Part shown: in pieces, positions 49,180 through 59,631 of the stretch | Position numbering within the stretch: the stretch's first letter is position 1 | Layout of the letters: each line of letters opens with the position of its first letter | IMG/VR virus record: IMGVR_UViG_3300032132_000748 | Reading direction: 5' to 3' (one strand) | Length of the DNA stretch: 64,000 nucleotides | From: a virus | Taxonomy: Duplodnaviria > Caudoviricetes | Program-made: the position numbers and the translations under genes | Notes under the pieces: model-generated | What the model saw: only the letters and a program-made list of their open reading frames with translations | What the model was told of the DNA's origin: nothing | The model's database searches: none

Positions 49180-50037
49180 ATGGCTAAGAAAAAATCAACA
49201 GAAATGGCTCTAGCAACAGTAGAATCATTGCTTCCAGCAAATATGGAGTTCGATCAACTTATTGAAAACCTAGAGGAAATGGATGAAGTCAATTTCCCTA
49301 GAATTTCGTTTAAGAATGGTCGATTTAAACTATCTAAAGACGACAAAGGAGCAGACGTACTTAAAGGTGTAATTCTTTTCCATGGTCGCCAGAACACATA
49401 TTGGGAGGGAACTTATGATCCCAACAATATCGTTCCTCCTGAGTGCTTCTCAGTGGATGGTAAGACTGGTTCTAAAGCACGAAATAGCAGCGGCCAATTC
49501 GGGTCTTGCCGTAGTTGTGCTTACAATCAGTTCGGCTCGGGTGCGGGTAAAGGCAAGGCTTGCCGCAACCAAAAGAAAGTTTACATACAGGTGCCAGGGA
49601 ACGCCGTTCCTTATACTTTGTTCTTAGCACCCACAAGTTTAACTGGTTTCAATGATGGATATATCATGAATAAGATTGTCCAAAAAGGCCACCAGTATTG
49701 GGCTGTTCTCACTACCTTTACCGCTTATCAAGAAGGTAACGACACTTACTTCAAAATATCATTCGAAGTAGATAGTTCCTTTGAGGGCGAAGAGAAAACT
49801 CAACTCAAAGAGTTGAGAGATTTCTGGATGCCAGCTATTAAAGCTGACAGAGCACAACTTGATGTTCCTGGCGGAGCAAGCAGTAGTAGCTCATCATCTT
49901 CGGAAGATGAATCCAGTGAGGAAAGCGAAGAGACTTCTACGAGAACGGTAGAAGCACGTAAACCGGCCCCCGTCTCTGCACCAGCAGCAGATGATGCTGC
50001 CAGTGATGAGATGGACGAGGAAGATCCTCCGTTCTAG
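49180..50037 (+). CDS. putative ssDNA-binding/annealing protein with Zn motif and acidic PPF tail
   Basis: C.S.DG..G...C..C..NQFGS..GKGKAC.N; ends EEDPPF; upstream of primase. Confidence 0.7.
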   Translation: MAKKKSTEMALATVESLLPANMEFDQLIENLEEMDEVNFPRISFKNGRFKLSKDDKGADVLKGVILFHGRQNTYWEGTYDPNNIVPPECFSVDGKTGSKARNSSGQFGSCRSCAYNQFGSGAGKGKACRNQKKVYIQVPGNAVPYTLFLAPTSLTGFNDGYIMNKIVQKGHQYWAVLTTFTAYQEGNDTYFKISFEVDSSFEGEEKTQLKELRDFWMPAIKADRAQLDVPGGASSSSSSSSEDESSEESEETSTRTVEARKPAPVSAPAADDAASDEMDEEDPPF

Positions 50038-50055
50038 TTCTTTTAAAGTTTAGAT

Positions 50056-50099
50056 AAAAAATGGCGAGCCAGGTCCAGTATCTGGCTCGCTATTTTTTT
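50056..50099. terminator. intrinsic terminator, likely bidirectional
   Basis: A-run, TGGCGAGCCAG / CTGGCTCGCTA stem, T7 run. Confidence 0.85.
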
Positions 50100-50215
50100 A
50101 TATCATCTGTCAGTGTTGTTAAGTACAATTCAAAAGATGTTAAACGGAATTTAAAGACTTTATTGGACCCATCAATTGAAAATTTGTGGGTCCGCTTTAC
50201 TATACTAAGAGGACT

Positions 50216-52951
50216 ATGGCAGAGACGATCAAAGATATGCTCGGTAGGATGGATGACCCATCTAAGAGAATCGAAATATATACTAGCTTTATAAATAAAG
50301 CTATTCTCGACGATAATGATCGAGAAAATCTTAAAAAAGAACGAGGATTTACGGATGAGATTATAGATTTATGTCACTTCAAGAGTTGCCGTCCAGAGAA
50401 CCGAGAAATAATTGAGGATCTTAAGAAGATCTACACTGAAGAAGATCTTATCGAAGTCGGTATGCTTGAAGCAACCGACAGCGGGGTCAAACCTTGCGGA
50501 CAACTTCTTGGAATATATAACAAGAAGGGTGACTTTATAAATAATATTTGCATCCCCTACTTTAACGCCGACGGAGAGATCTATTTTCTCAGACCCCACA
50601 AATTCGGCTTTAAGGGCCTCGGGATTAATATTTATTGCCCCGCACGTGAGCTGTCTCCTGATAAGACCTGGATAATTACTGAGAGCGAGTTTAAGGCTGC
50701 AGCGACCATTCAGTTCGGCTACGCAGCCATCGGGCTCCCTGGCATCCACTCATTTGCTGAAAATCATTTCAATCGTCTCAAGGCATTTATTGAAATAATA
50801 GGCATAAGCAATGTGGTTGTCATTTATGACAATGAGATAAAAACAAACCCAGAGTATTCTAACTATAAACCCGATGTGCTTAAGCAGTGGGATACACAAT
50901 GGCGGGCTGTTGATATTTGCCGTAAGCTAATTAAGAATGTACCTGATCTCGCATCTGTTAAAGTCGGGGTACTTCCCGATGACTGGATGGAGGAAGGAAA
51001 AATAGATATTGATGGAGCATTAGCTCAAGGCCGAACTCCTAGCGAATTCAAGTCGGTCGTTTATCGAGCATTAACTTGGCGAGACTATCTTCAGAAATTA
51101 CCTCCAGTAGCTAGAAAAATCATCGCTCGAAAAGTTTATCGAGAGGACTTTCTCGAAAAGAGCGTTATTTCTAAAAAAGATAATGGCTACTTTATTAAAA
51201 AGAAGAAGAAGGTCGGTCGCGGAGACGCTTCCGAAATCATCGAAATCGAAGAGCAAATAGCAAACTTCACGATGGATATTAAAAAAGTTCTAGTCGAAGG
51301 TGACGTTCACGTTAGAGAAGTTATTTTTAATGGACAAGACGGAAGTAGATCTAAACCTCATGTGAGTAAGAGCGCAACAACTATTCTCAGAGATTATAAA
51401 GTCTGGGCAAGAGGTTGTGGAGACTATACTTTCATGGGACGACAAGAAGAGCTGGATATGGTTTGGCAACTTGAAGGAGCCATGTGCGATGGTCGAGAAA
51501 TTCTCCGGCCTGAGCAAATTGGAAAACTCAAAGAAGTCGAAGAACCTCTCTGGTTGTTTGGTAATGCTCTAATTAAAGAGGACGATGGTACTGTCCTCCA
51601 GCCAGATAAGGAAGGAATTATTTGGTCTGGATTGACTGGGTATTTACCTAGAAGTATTAAGGTCGCCGCAAAAGCAAAAACTAGTATTAAAGCAACACAA
51701 GTACCTACTGTTAACCTTCACGACAAAACAGTTGATTTGAAAAAGCTTAAAGACATCATCAATAAGATGGAAGAAATCTGGGGAACTAAAGCCGTTTGCT
51801 TAGCCGTAGGCTGGGTAATAGCCACGCTTCTTTCCGATGAAATACATCACCATTATGGATGTTTTCCTCTGCTATTTATCGGAGGTAAACGTGAGTCAGG
51901 AAAAACGACTCTAGCCCAGTGGTTGATGGCAATGGGCGGCCAGCACGATCCAGTAGGTAGTTCCTTGGAAGGAACAACCCAACCAGGGGCGACACGACAC
52001 TTAGCGTGGTATAGCTCTCTAGTTTATTGGATGGATGAGTATCGAAACAACTCTAAGGTTAAGAAGTGGGACGGATTCTTCCGTAACGCATACAACCGCC
52101 AATCACCATCTAAGGGAACACTTGGTGCTGGAGTTAGATCACAGGACATTAATGCTGGGATTCTTCTCTCTGGAGAGGAAACACCTCATGATAACGCTTT
52201 ATTGAGTCGTTGTGTAGTTATTCCTCTAGCTAAGAGAAAAAAAGATACACAAGAGCATTTCAAGGAAATAGAAGTTTTAAGAACTGAGGCAACTCTTTCC
52301 CAACTTATAATCGAAGTAATTAAAGTAAAGAAGGCAATACTACCTTCCGTCTTAAATAATATTGACGGATGGAAGAAACGCCTCTTAGACGCCGGAGTCG
52401 GCCCTCGTATTAGTTTAAACTACGCAATACCTGCAGTTTGCTACGATATGATTTTCTTACGCGATGAGTCCATGACCGTAAGAAAAGAGTTTGTTCGATG
52501 GGTTGTCGAAGAATCACATAGAACAGAGCTTGAAAAAGAGAGTGAGCACATGCTTGCAGTCTTTATGGAAGATCTAGTTTCTATTCACGAACACCTGGAT
52601 GGATTCTATACAGTTTTTGATCAAAGCAAAGAAGACAAAGGTAAAAAGCGAATAGCAATCCACTTCCCCACTTTTTATTCTAAATGGACCGAAACATATA
52701 GAAGAAAAGGGCATGAACAGTTTAAACGGGGAACTATGCTTAGTTATATACGGGAAGAGCCTTATTACATAGAAGATAATAAGCTTAAACGAATTGGAGG
52801 TAAACCAACTCGCAGTCTTGTTCTGAGCTTAGATCCAGAAGACAATCCACCTGACGGATTGCTTTACTTGGCAGAAGGCCGAGCTGGTGGTGAAGAAAGT
52901 ATTAAGGGAGCTATGGACTCTCTTTCTTCGGACGATAATGATTTGTTCTAA
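50216..52951 (+). CDS. primase-helicase (TOPRIM plus P-loop ATPase)
   Basis: ITESEFKA, IGLPG, IYDNE, KIDIDG; Walker A GKRESGKTT, Walker B WMDE; AGAGG RBS before ATG 50216. Confidence 0.85.
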   Translation: MAETIKDMLGRMDDPSKRIEIYTSFINKAILDDNDRENLKKERGFTDEIIDLCHFKSCRPENREIIEDLKKIYTEEDLIEVGMLEATDSGVKPCGQLLGIYNKKGDFINNICIPYFNADGEIYFLRPHKFGFKGLGINIYCPARELSPDKTWIITESEFKAAATIQFGYAAIGLPGIHSFAENHFNRLKAFIEIIGISNVVVIYDNEIKTNPEYSNYKPDVLKQWDTQWRAVDICRKLIKNVPDLASVKVGVLPDDWMEEGKIDIDGALAQGRTPSEFKSVVYRALTWRDYLQKLPPVARKIIARKVYREDFLEKSVISKKDNGYFIKKKKKVGRGDASEIIEIEEQIANFTMDIKKVLVEGDVHVREVIFNGQDGSRSKPHVSKSATTILRDYKVWARGCGDYTFMGRQEELDMVWQLEGAMCDGREILRPEQIGKLKEVEEPLWLFGNALIKEDDGTVLQPDKEGIIWSGLTGYLPRSIKVAAKAKTSIKATQVPTVNLHDKTVDLKKLKDIINKMEEIWGTKAVCLAVGWVIATLLSDEIHHHYGCFPLLFIGGKRESGKTTLAQWLMAMGGQHDPVGSSLEGTTQPGATRHLAWYSSLVYWMDEYRNNSKVKKWDGFFRNAYNRQSPSKGTLGAGVRSQDINAGILLSGEETPHDNALLSRCVVIPLAKRKKDTQEHFKEIEVLRTEATLSQLIIEVIKVKKAILPSVLNNIDGWKKRLLDAGVGPRISLNYAIPAVCYDMIFLRDESMTVRKEFVRWVVEESHRTELEKESEHMLAVFMEDLVSIHEHLDGFYTVFDQSKEDKGKKRIAIHFPTFYSKWTETYRRKGHEQFKRGTMLSYIREEPYYIEDNKLKRIGGKPTRSLVLSLDPEDNPPDGLLYLAEGRAGGEESIKGAMDSLSSDDNDLF

Positions 52952-53019
52952 GTCAAGCTTCTTGATCGCTTGATGGGCCATGGTAATATCAAGTATGAAT
53001 TTAGTATGGAGTTTATATT

Positions 53020-53277
53020 ATGAATATAGATTTGTCAGAAATAGCTGAAGATTTTGAAGAGATTCCCGAGCCAAAAATGGAAGATTTAGTAAATATTCCA
53101 TATGATCAACAGATTTATCTGTGTCAGAAAACTCTTTCGCGTTGGCGAAAAACGAGCAAAAGTTTGGTCCGAGACTATGACGGTGAGGCGGATTGGCATG
53201 AAATGGCTGCATATGTAAACAAGACGTATGATCAGGTTTTCATGGAAACATATAATAAATATGCCAAAGCGCAATAG
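53020..53277 (+). CDS. hypothetical protein
   Basis: GGAG RBS. Confidence 0.6.
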   Translation: MNIDLSEIAEDFEEIPEPKMEDLVNIPYDQQIYLCQKTLSRWRKTSKSLVRDYDGEADWHEMAAYVNKTYDQVFMETYNKYAKAQ

Positions 53278-53575
53278 TAAAGCTGAAAGTTTACTTACTT
53301 TTGAAAAAAAGTATCCAGTTTTAATCAAAAGAGCCTTGATATACAAAGATAAAATCATTGTATGGTCTCTTTGTGATAGAAGTCTTTTAGCTAAAAGATG
53401 GAGGAGCATCTCTCAGATTAAAATGAGAATAATGCCTCTCAAACCCCTGGAGGGCGGAGAAACACAACAGATATGGAATCATATCTGGGATATTTCCAAA
53501 CCCTTGTCTCTGGGTCCAGAGAAAGTTAAGTTACATGTGAGGATGTATGACGGTATTAGTTGGCGCGATTCATAA
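53228..53575 (+). CDS. hypothetical basic protein (start uncertain)
   Basis: overlapping run between 53020 and 53547. Confidence 0.5.
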   Translation: MIRFSWKHIINMPKRNSKAESLLTFEKKYPVLIKRALIYKDKIIVWSLCDRSLLAKRWRSISQIKMRIMPLKPLEGGETQQIWNHIWDISKPLSLGPEKVKLHVRMYDGISWRDS

Positions 53576-54164
53576 GGGTTATGCCTATATTGGGGCAGAC
53601 TCTCTTTGGTCTTGGGATGAAAATTTTGTTAGAGAAAGCAAAACAAGCAAATTTTTAAATTTGAAACCTGTTAAATTTGTTTCAGATGAGGGATTAGAGA
53701 CTTTTACGAGAGATCTTTCTGAAGAGGTTTTAATAGCAAGTTCTGGTCAAGATAGATTTACTCAAATTTTAGAAAAAGTAATAATAGAAAACCCTGAATT
53801 AGCCTGTTTCACCGATAAAGCCGGAGTAATTGAATTAGCAGAAACATACCACAAAGCAGTCACTAAGCTCGGGGTTGGTGATTCAGATAACAATCAACTT
53901 CCGGATCACGATATGGGATTTCTATTAATCTCTAAATACAGTGATAGAATATGGACTTTGGAATCTGACTATTCCATTGGTGAATATGATGATTATGTTA
54001 GCGGAGGTTCTGGCAGCTTTTTGGCAGAGGCTGCTATGAGGGCTCAAAGTAAGCGAGGTCTGCACGGAGAAGAAGCGGTTTTGACTGCAATTGAAACCGT
54101 TAATGAATTGCACCCCTACTGCGGCGGGCGAATCGAAATTAGAAAAATTAAAATAGAAAAATAA
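53547..54164 (+). CDS. HslV/proteasome-beta-like Ntn-hydrolase protease
   Basis: N-terminal M-T nucleophile, IGADS, K, GSGS..A.AA, A....P..GG.I. Confidence 0.8.
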   Translation: MTVLVGAIHKGYAYIGADSLWSWDENFVRESKTSKFLNLKPVKFVSDEGLETFTRDLSEEVLIASSGQDRFTQILEKVIIENPELACFTDKAGVIELAETYHKAVTKLGVGDSDNNQLPDHDMGFLLISKYSDRIWTLESDYSIGEYDDYVSGGSGSFLAEAAMRAQSKRGLHGEEAVLTAIETVNELHPYCGGRIEIRKIKIEK

Positions 54165-54234
54165 ATTCCTAGTGTCCTAGGGGCGGCTACCTGTCGGACC
54201 CACTTGGTATCCTTAAGACACAAGGACAGAGATT

Positions 54235-54444
54235 ATGACAATGACAACAGCAAAAGAGCCAATTGAATTTTACGATGTAAAATACAAAGAGAAGATTAAA
54301 GTAGCAAGAAGTAAGTGCAGTTTGGAAGTTTTTCAAACTAAACGAGGACAAAGGACTCGTATCGTTGCCGTTATGAAGAGCAAGGACGATCCAGCCAAGG
54401 AGTATAAAATTTCGAGACTGTGCGCTAAAGACTTCGTTCTTTAG
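54235..54444 (+). CDS. small basic DNA-binding protein, Cc1-like
   Basis: EFYDVK.K...QTKRG...AV......KISRL resembles crenarchaeal chromatin protein Cc1 (recall); strong terminator follows. Confidence 0.55.
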   Translation: MTMTTAKEPIEFYDVKYKEKIKVARSKCSLEVFQTKRGQRTRIVAVMKSKDDPAKEYKISRLCAKDFVL

Positions 54445-54464
54445 TAATTCCTACTATAAGGCTT

Positions 54465-54497
54465 AAGAGAACCCGGATTCGTCCGGGTTCTTTTTTT
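54465..54497 (+). terminator. intrinsic terminator
   Basis: AGAACCCGGA-TTCG-TCCGGGTTCT followed by a T run. Confidence 0.92.
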
Positions 54498-54996
54498 ATG
54501 CCCATATTCCACTAGAGAGATTAGAGGACCTATGAGTCGGAACCGAAGTGGTGTCTGTTGTGAGTGTTTCATAGAGTTCTGGCCACATCTTGTAAAGAAA
54601 ATAACCGGAAGACACCATAGTTATATAGCTAATAAAGGGTATGTGTCTTCCCACAGCTAAGGTTATCACGAAGGGTGACATATTAGCCAATCCCATAGGA
54701 AGAATATACTTATCTGCTTTATAGAGCATACGCCCTACTAGTGGCATATCTTTTTCATCTACCCTCTTAAGTAATGAAAAACGTTTTAAGTATATTTTCG
54801 CCCCAACCGTCATACCTAGTGTGATCATTAAACCAATAATATTTTTAATCTTCTCCCAACCAGTAATTTTTTCAAACGCACCTAAATCTCCGAAAGTTGG
54901 ATTTATGGCTTTCCGTAATATGGGATAATGAGGAACTACCCCAGGCAATTTCACCGATGCAAACCCGTCATATGCTCCAAAACCGATACTCTTCAT
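54496..54996 (-). CDS. membrane protein, possibly virion-associated
   Basis: 2-3 hydrophobic segments; GFGAY/DLGAF motifs; leaderless promoter. Confidence 0.65.
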   Translation of the reverse strand: MKSIGFGAYDGFASVKLPGVVPHYPILRKAINPTFGDLGAFEKITGWEKIKNIIGLMITLGMTVGAKIYLKRFSLLKRVDEKDMPLVGRMLYKADKYILPMGLANMSPFVITLAVGRHIPFISYITMVSSGYFLYKMWPELYETLTTDTTSVPTHRSSNLSSGIWA

Positions 54997-55082
54997 AGGT
55001 TTAGTATATCAAACGCTAATAAAAAGATAAATTCGAATGAGAGCAACTAAACATCTTTTAGGCGTAGACTAGATGAGTCGGA

Positions 55083-56354
55083 GTGCCGATAATACATCTA
55101 GTTGCAGGTTTACTACCAATGAAAAAGTTACATATTATTAAGACCAAAGAATTTAAGCATGTTGATGCTAAGGCTCGTGGCAAAATTCTCCCCATTTTAG
55201 AGAAGGAGACATTGAGTTGGGCGAAGAAGGCCCAGCGTAAAGCCCACAAAGCTACCATCGAAATACAGAAGGAATTTGAAAAAAATCCTGACCCAGTTCG
55301 TAATAAGTATTTTAAATATTTACGAAAACTTCTTTTGATGAAACTAGAAGCGGTAGAGAACGAGTCTTGGGACAACAACAAGAAAGCTCCTGAGCTGGAC
55401 GAAGATCTAGTCAAGTTTTTAGAGATTGAATCTCTTCGGGTTCCTGAGCATATTTCTTGTAGTTCAATTGGCATGTATGAATTTTGTCCCCGCAAATGGT
55501 TCTATAGATATGCCCTTGGAGTTAAGTATCCTAAAACCACTGCACTCCATTTTGGGTCTGCTGTTGACGATGCTATTAACTATTACTTCGAGGAGAAGAT
55601 AGCAGGCCGACAGGCGACCTTGCAGGCCACTTACGACGAGTTCTTCAGAGTCTTCGACAAAGACGCTGACGAGGTTAACTGGGGCACTGACGACCCAGTA
55701 CAACTCCGACGTAATGGACCTATTATTCTTAAAAAGTATGTCGATGAATTTGATCGAATTACAGAACCAACCGGAGTTCAGACCGAGGTTAGAATACCTC
55801 TAGATAATGGCGGTATGTTACTAGGATATATCGATATTCTTGAAGCAACCGGAGTGGTCGATACTAAGACTGCTAAAAAGAAATGGACTACTGGAAGATT
55901 TGCTAAACACCTTAAGGAACTACAGCCTAAAGCGTATTCTCTATGGTTTTTGCAGGAATTCGAAAAGATGCCAACACAGTTTAGGTATCAAATCGTTACT
56001 AAAAAAACTAATGACAAGGGCGAAGCCATCCCGGAAACTCAACTCATCGACTTTACCATAAAGAAGTATGAGCTGGAAAGTTTCCGACGCCGCATCCAAC
56101 GTATTTGGGATGATATCATTGCCAGACTTAATACTAAAGACGCTAAAGGAAATCTTCGAGGAATAGATATGTTCCCAGCACAAGCTGAATACGGCCCTGG
56201 TGAAGGACGAGGCCCCGGTTGTGTAGATATAGGGGTGCTTTGCACAAAACAATGGTGTGATTATGCGGAACTGTGTGAAAAGAACGGACTTAAAATACCC
56301 ACTAAGTGGGTATCCAAAACCGCAGAGAAAAGTGGACATCACGTCTACGATTAG
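55083..56354 (+). CDS. PD-(D/E)XK nuclease (RecB/Cas4-like)
   Basis: CPRKWFYRY, FGSAVD, E, GYID...VVDTKT, LQ..AY, C...WCDYAELC; start uncertain. Confidence 0.85.
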   Translation: MPIIHLVAGLLPMKKLHIIKTKEFKHVDAKARGKILPILEKETLSWAKKAQRKAHKATIEIQKEFEKNPDPVRNKYFKYLRKLLLMKLEAVENESWDNNKKAPELDEDLVKFLEIESLRVPEHISCSSIGMYEFCPRKWFYRYALGVKYPKTTALHFGSAVDDAINYYFEEKIAGRQATLQATYDEFFRVFDKDADEVNWGTDDPVQLRRNGPIILKKYVDEFDRITEPTGVQTEVRIPLDNGGMLLGYIDILEATGVVDTKTAKKKWTTGRFAKHLKELQPKAYSLWFLQEFEKMPTQFRYQIVTKKTNDKGEAIPETQLIDFTIKKYELESFRRRIQRIWDDIIARLNTKDAKGNLRGIDMFPAQAEYGPGEGRGPGCVDIGVLCTKQWCDYAELCEKNGLKIPTKWVSKTAEKSGHHVYD

Positions 56355-56364
56355 GAGTATTGCT

Positions 56365-56586
56365 ATGAGTAATGAAGTAAAAATTAAAATGAAAAAATCT
56401 ACCCTTATTGCACTCCAAAAATTGGCAATGCGAAGAGGCCATACTCTTGAGGAGACTTTGCAGCACGCTGCCAGTACCGAAGTGTATATGGATGAGCGCC
56501 TTCGTGATGGTTGTTCTATTCTCTGTCAGGACCAAGAAGAGAATCTCTGGCGTGTGGTATTCTCACATATGAGAACCCAGGAGTAG
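56365..56586 (+). CDS. small ribbon-helix-helix-like protein
   Basis: AGGAG RBS before ATG; VKIKM...LQKLA..RG.TLEE.L..A. Confidence 0.55.
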   Translation: MSNEVKIKMKKSTLIALQKLAMRRGHTLEETLQHAASTEVYMDERLRDGCSILCQDQEENLWRVVFSHMRTQE

Positions 56587-56590
56587 CTCA

Positions 56591-56640
56591 TTGTGATGTC
56601 GGTGTCACCTGTTATTATCTAGTTAAAGGTTAGGTGATAC
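56591..56640 (+). promoter_or_regulatory. promoter inside an RBS-sequestering inverted repeat
   Basis: GTGTCACCT (56602-10) / AGGTGATAC (56632-40) flank TGtTATTAT. Confidence 0.6.
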
Positions 56641-58173
56641 GTGGCTGCTCAACTACGCGACAATAAATTGGATTTCTGGATCCAAAATAATTACAACGTT
56701 CTTTTCAAGGGCAAGCATGGGGTTGGTAAGACTTCTCTAATAATTCAAGCCTTTGATAGAAACAAATTAAACTGGAAATATTTCAGTGCTTCAACGATGG
56801 ATCCGTTCGTAGACTTCGTCGGAGTACCTAAAGAGGTTAAGGACGAAAAGGGTAATTCATATTTGGATTTAATTAGGCCAAAAGCGTTTCAGGACGACGA
56901 GGTTGAGGCTATTTTCTTTGATGAATATAACCGCTCACATAAAAAAGTCCGTAATGCTGTTATGGAGCTTATCCAATTCAAGTCTATTAACGGCAAGAAG
57001 TTTAACAACTTAAAGATAATCTGGGCTGCAGTTAATCCCGATGACGACGATACAGAAGATTATGACGTTGAAAAAATTGATCCAGCGCAGTTAGATCGTT
57101 TCCATGTCCACGTAGACGTTCCTTACAAGCCTGTTCTCTCTTACTTTACTTCCCAATACGGGAAGGAAGTAGCCGAAGCGGGATGTTCTTGGTGGAGTGA
57201 ACTCCCCAAAGAAATGCAAAATGCAGTCAGTCCTCGTCGTCTGGATTATGCCCTCAACATGCATAAAAATAAAGGTGATTTACGCGATGTATTACCTACA
57301 AAAAGCGGCATTAATAAATTACTGCTCACTCTACGAGATGGTCCAATTAAGAAAAAGCTTGAGAAGCTTATCAAAGCAGGCGATAAGGTAGAGGGACAGA
57401 AATTCATCTCCCAGGAAAATAACTATGCAGCAGCCATTCAATACATAACTAAAACTAAAGCTTTTAAAGAATTCTTCTTTCCCCTCTTGGCAGAAGAGAA
57501 GATAGCAAGTTTAATTGCTGAGTCTACGGCTCTTACAAAATATTTTGCTGAAAATTGCGGAAAAGTTGCGGTATATGAGAAGGTAATAAATAGCATTATC
57601 AAAGCAAATCAAAATAGAAAATTGATAGGTAACCTCAAAAAGCACATGCCTAAATCTATCAAGCGAAGAGCTACTGGGGTTCCCTGGTCTAAGCAAATCA
57701 AAGCCCTGCACGCAAGAAAGAGATACAACACACAACAACGAACTAAAATTTATCAAGAATTGTTACTAGAGATTCCAGATAATATGACTCTTAAAGAGGC
57801 GGAAGCCACTGTTGATTTAGTCAATAGCATTATAGATAGAAGTCATGCCTTCTCTGTTTCCAGAAACTTTCCAAAGATACCTCAGATATTGAGTATTTGC
57901 TTCAGTGTAATTGCACGAGATACTCAATACGCTACCATTGATGACATCATTAATTATAGAAACTGGTATGCCATTGCTCAAAAAGTGTCAGACAAGCAGA
58001 AGATTAAAATCGAAGCTCTGGCTCCGTATGCGCCTATTATCGCTCCAGGCTCTATAGCTCCTAAGACTATCAGTGCTGGAAATATTAAAGTCAGGCAGTT
58101 GATTAAATCTGCCAACTCTCTAGAAGATCTTATAGATAGTCTCGAAGATGACGACGAGGAGCCTCCTTTTTAA
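56641..58173 (+). CDS. MoxR/dynein-related AAA+ ATPase
   Basis: GKHGVGKT, FFDEYNR, AAVNP, DPAQLDRF, SPR. Confidence 0.88.
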   Translation: MAAQLRDNKLDFWIQNNYNVLFKGKHGVGKTSLIIQAFDRNKLNWKYFSASTMDPFVDFVGVPKEVKDEKGNSYLDLIRPKAFQDDEVEAIFFDEYNRSHKKVRNAVMELIQFKSINGKKFNNLKIIWAAVNPDDDDTEDYDVEKIDPAQLDRFHVHVDVPYKPVLSYFTSQYGKEVAEAGCSWWSELPKEMQNAVSPRRLDYALNMHKNKGDLRDVLPTKSGINKLLLTLRDGPIKKKLEKLIKAGDKVEGQKFISQENNYAAAIQYITKTKAFKEFFFPLLAEEKIASLIAESTALTKYFAENCGKVAVYEKVINSIIKANQNRKLIGNLKKHMPKSIKRRATGVPWSKQIKALHARKRYNTQQRTKIYQELLLEIPDNMTLKEAEATVDLVNSIIDRSHAFSVSRNFPKIPQILSICFSVIARDTQYATIDDIINYRNWYAIAQKVSDKQKIKIEALAPYAPIIAPGSIAPKTISAGNIKVRQLIKSANSLEDLIDSLEDDDEEPPF

Positions 58174-59495
58174 TGGACGCCATCGAAGAAACAACCATAT
58201 CTCCTGAGGAGTGGACAGAAATAAGTTCTCAGCTTGAGATACACCATGCTCTGTTTTATCAGTTATGGCAGATGGGTAAACCACTTTTTGATAAAAGTAT
58301 ACCAACTGCGGCTGTCCGGTTTAACCCCGAAGGGCAGCTTGTTGAATTTGTATTCAATCCAGATTTTTGGAATGAGCTTACGCTTACTGAAAAGAAATTC
58401 GTAATTTGCCACGAGTCCTTGCATGTGATATTTAATCACGGTCTGCGAATGATTAACACTAAACAAGGTAAGAAGTGTAACGTAGCGATGGATATCATAG
58501 TTAATCACTCTTTAGTAGATAACTTTGGATTTAAACGTAGTGACCTATCTATGGAAGCCAAGCTTTGTTGGATGGATACAGTCTTCAAGCCCGAGATAGT
58601 GGCTAAAATACCTACACGACAAACCTTTGAATTCTATTACCTTCTACTTAAAGACCCCGATAACTTGGCGGAAGGAAACCAACCAAGCGATGCAGACGGT
58701 TCAGGTGGCGCAGGCGGTTTGCCAGAGACACTCGATGATCACAGCCAACTGCCAGGTATGTCAAATCAAGACTGGGGCGAGGTAGTAAAAAAGCTTGACG
58801 AAACTCTATCTAATGAAGAGAAGAGTGGTATCAAGGATCTTGTGGAAAAACATACTCAGCTACCTAAGGACCAAAAGCCCGGAAAAGGTCGAGGCACTCA
58901 AGGAATGGGCGCTTGGCATTTTGTATCAAAGGATCCTGTTAAGAAAAAGAAAAAATGGGAAACGGTCATTAAAAAATGGTCGAAGAAATTCCTAAAAAAG
59001 GATATCGCTAGTATTGAACAGTGGGCCAGGATGGCTCGTAGATTCGCGCTTCTCCCTACTAATTTGATGCTCCCTTCAGAGGTCGATAATGATAGCTGGA
59101 GTCAGGATAGAATCCAAGTTTGGTTCTTTCAGGACTGCTCAGGATCTTGTATCGGACTGAAAGACAGGTTTTTTCGAGCAGCTAAGAGCCTCCCAAAAGA
59201 GCGATTCGATGTAAAAATGCACACCTTCGATACCCGAGTATTCGAGGTTGATATAAATCAAGGTAAAGTTCGCGGTGGCGGGGGCACTAGTTTTACATGT
59301 ATGGAACAGTATATACAACAGTATATGAAAAAACATAAAGTGAGTTATCCCAAGGCAGTTTTTATCATTACCGATGGCATGGGAAATAATGTAAGACCCC
59401 AACAACCCGAAAATTGGTATTGGTTTTTATCATATAATTATAGATATTGCATTCCCAAGGAATCACAAATCTTTATGCTAAATGAGTTTGAGTAA
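58173..59495 (+). CDS. HExxH metallopeptidase plus VWA domain protein (DUF2201-like), MoxR partner
   Basis: HESLH..NH, N.AMD..VN; MIDAS DCSGS, GGGT.F, ITDG. Confidence 0.88.
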   Translation: MDAIEETTISPEEWTEISSQLEIHHALFYQLWQMGKPLFDKSIPTAAVRFNPEGQLVEFVFNPDFWNELTLTEKKFVICHESLHVIFNHGLRMINTKQGKKCNVAMDIIVNHSLVDNFGFKRSDLSMEAKLCWMDTVFKPEIVAKIPTRQTFEFYYLLLKDPDNLAEGNQPSDADGSGGAGGLPETLDDHSQLPGMSNQDWGEVVKKLDETLSNEEKSGIKDLVEKHTQLPKDQKPGKGRGTQGMGAWHFVSKDPVKKKKKWETVIKKWSKKFLKKDIASIEQWARMARRFALLPTNLMLPSEVDNDSWSQDRIQVWFFQDCSGSCIGLKDRFFRAAKSLPKERFDVKMHTFDTRVFEVDINQGKVRGGGGTSFTCMEQYIQQYMKKHKVSYPKAVFIITDGMGNNVRPQQPENWYWFLSYNYRYCIPKESQIFMLNEFE

Positions 59496-59631
59496 ATCAC
59501 CCCCTTTTAAAAAAAGTTATACACTTAGAAAGATATTACCCCTTACTGTGATTAAAGTTACAAGAGTACAGCCCGTGTTGATCGGTTACACTTCAATTGG
59601 TAAGATACGGTAATAAAACACACGAATAAAA

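Noticed and set aside
50061-50294. 77-aa ORF upstream of the primase
   Set aside because: Runs through a terminator and the primase promoter; no RBS
55083-56354. cas4 as part of a CRISPR-Cas system
   Set aside because: Solo PD-(D/E)XK nuclease in a replication context; no cas1/cas2 or array
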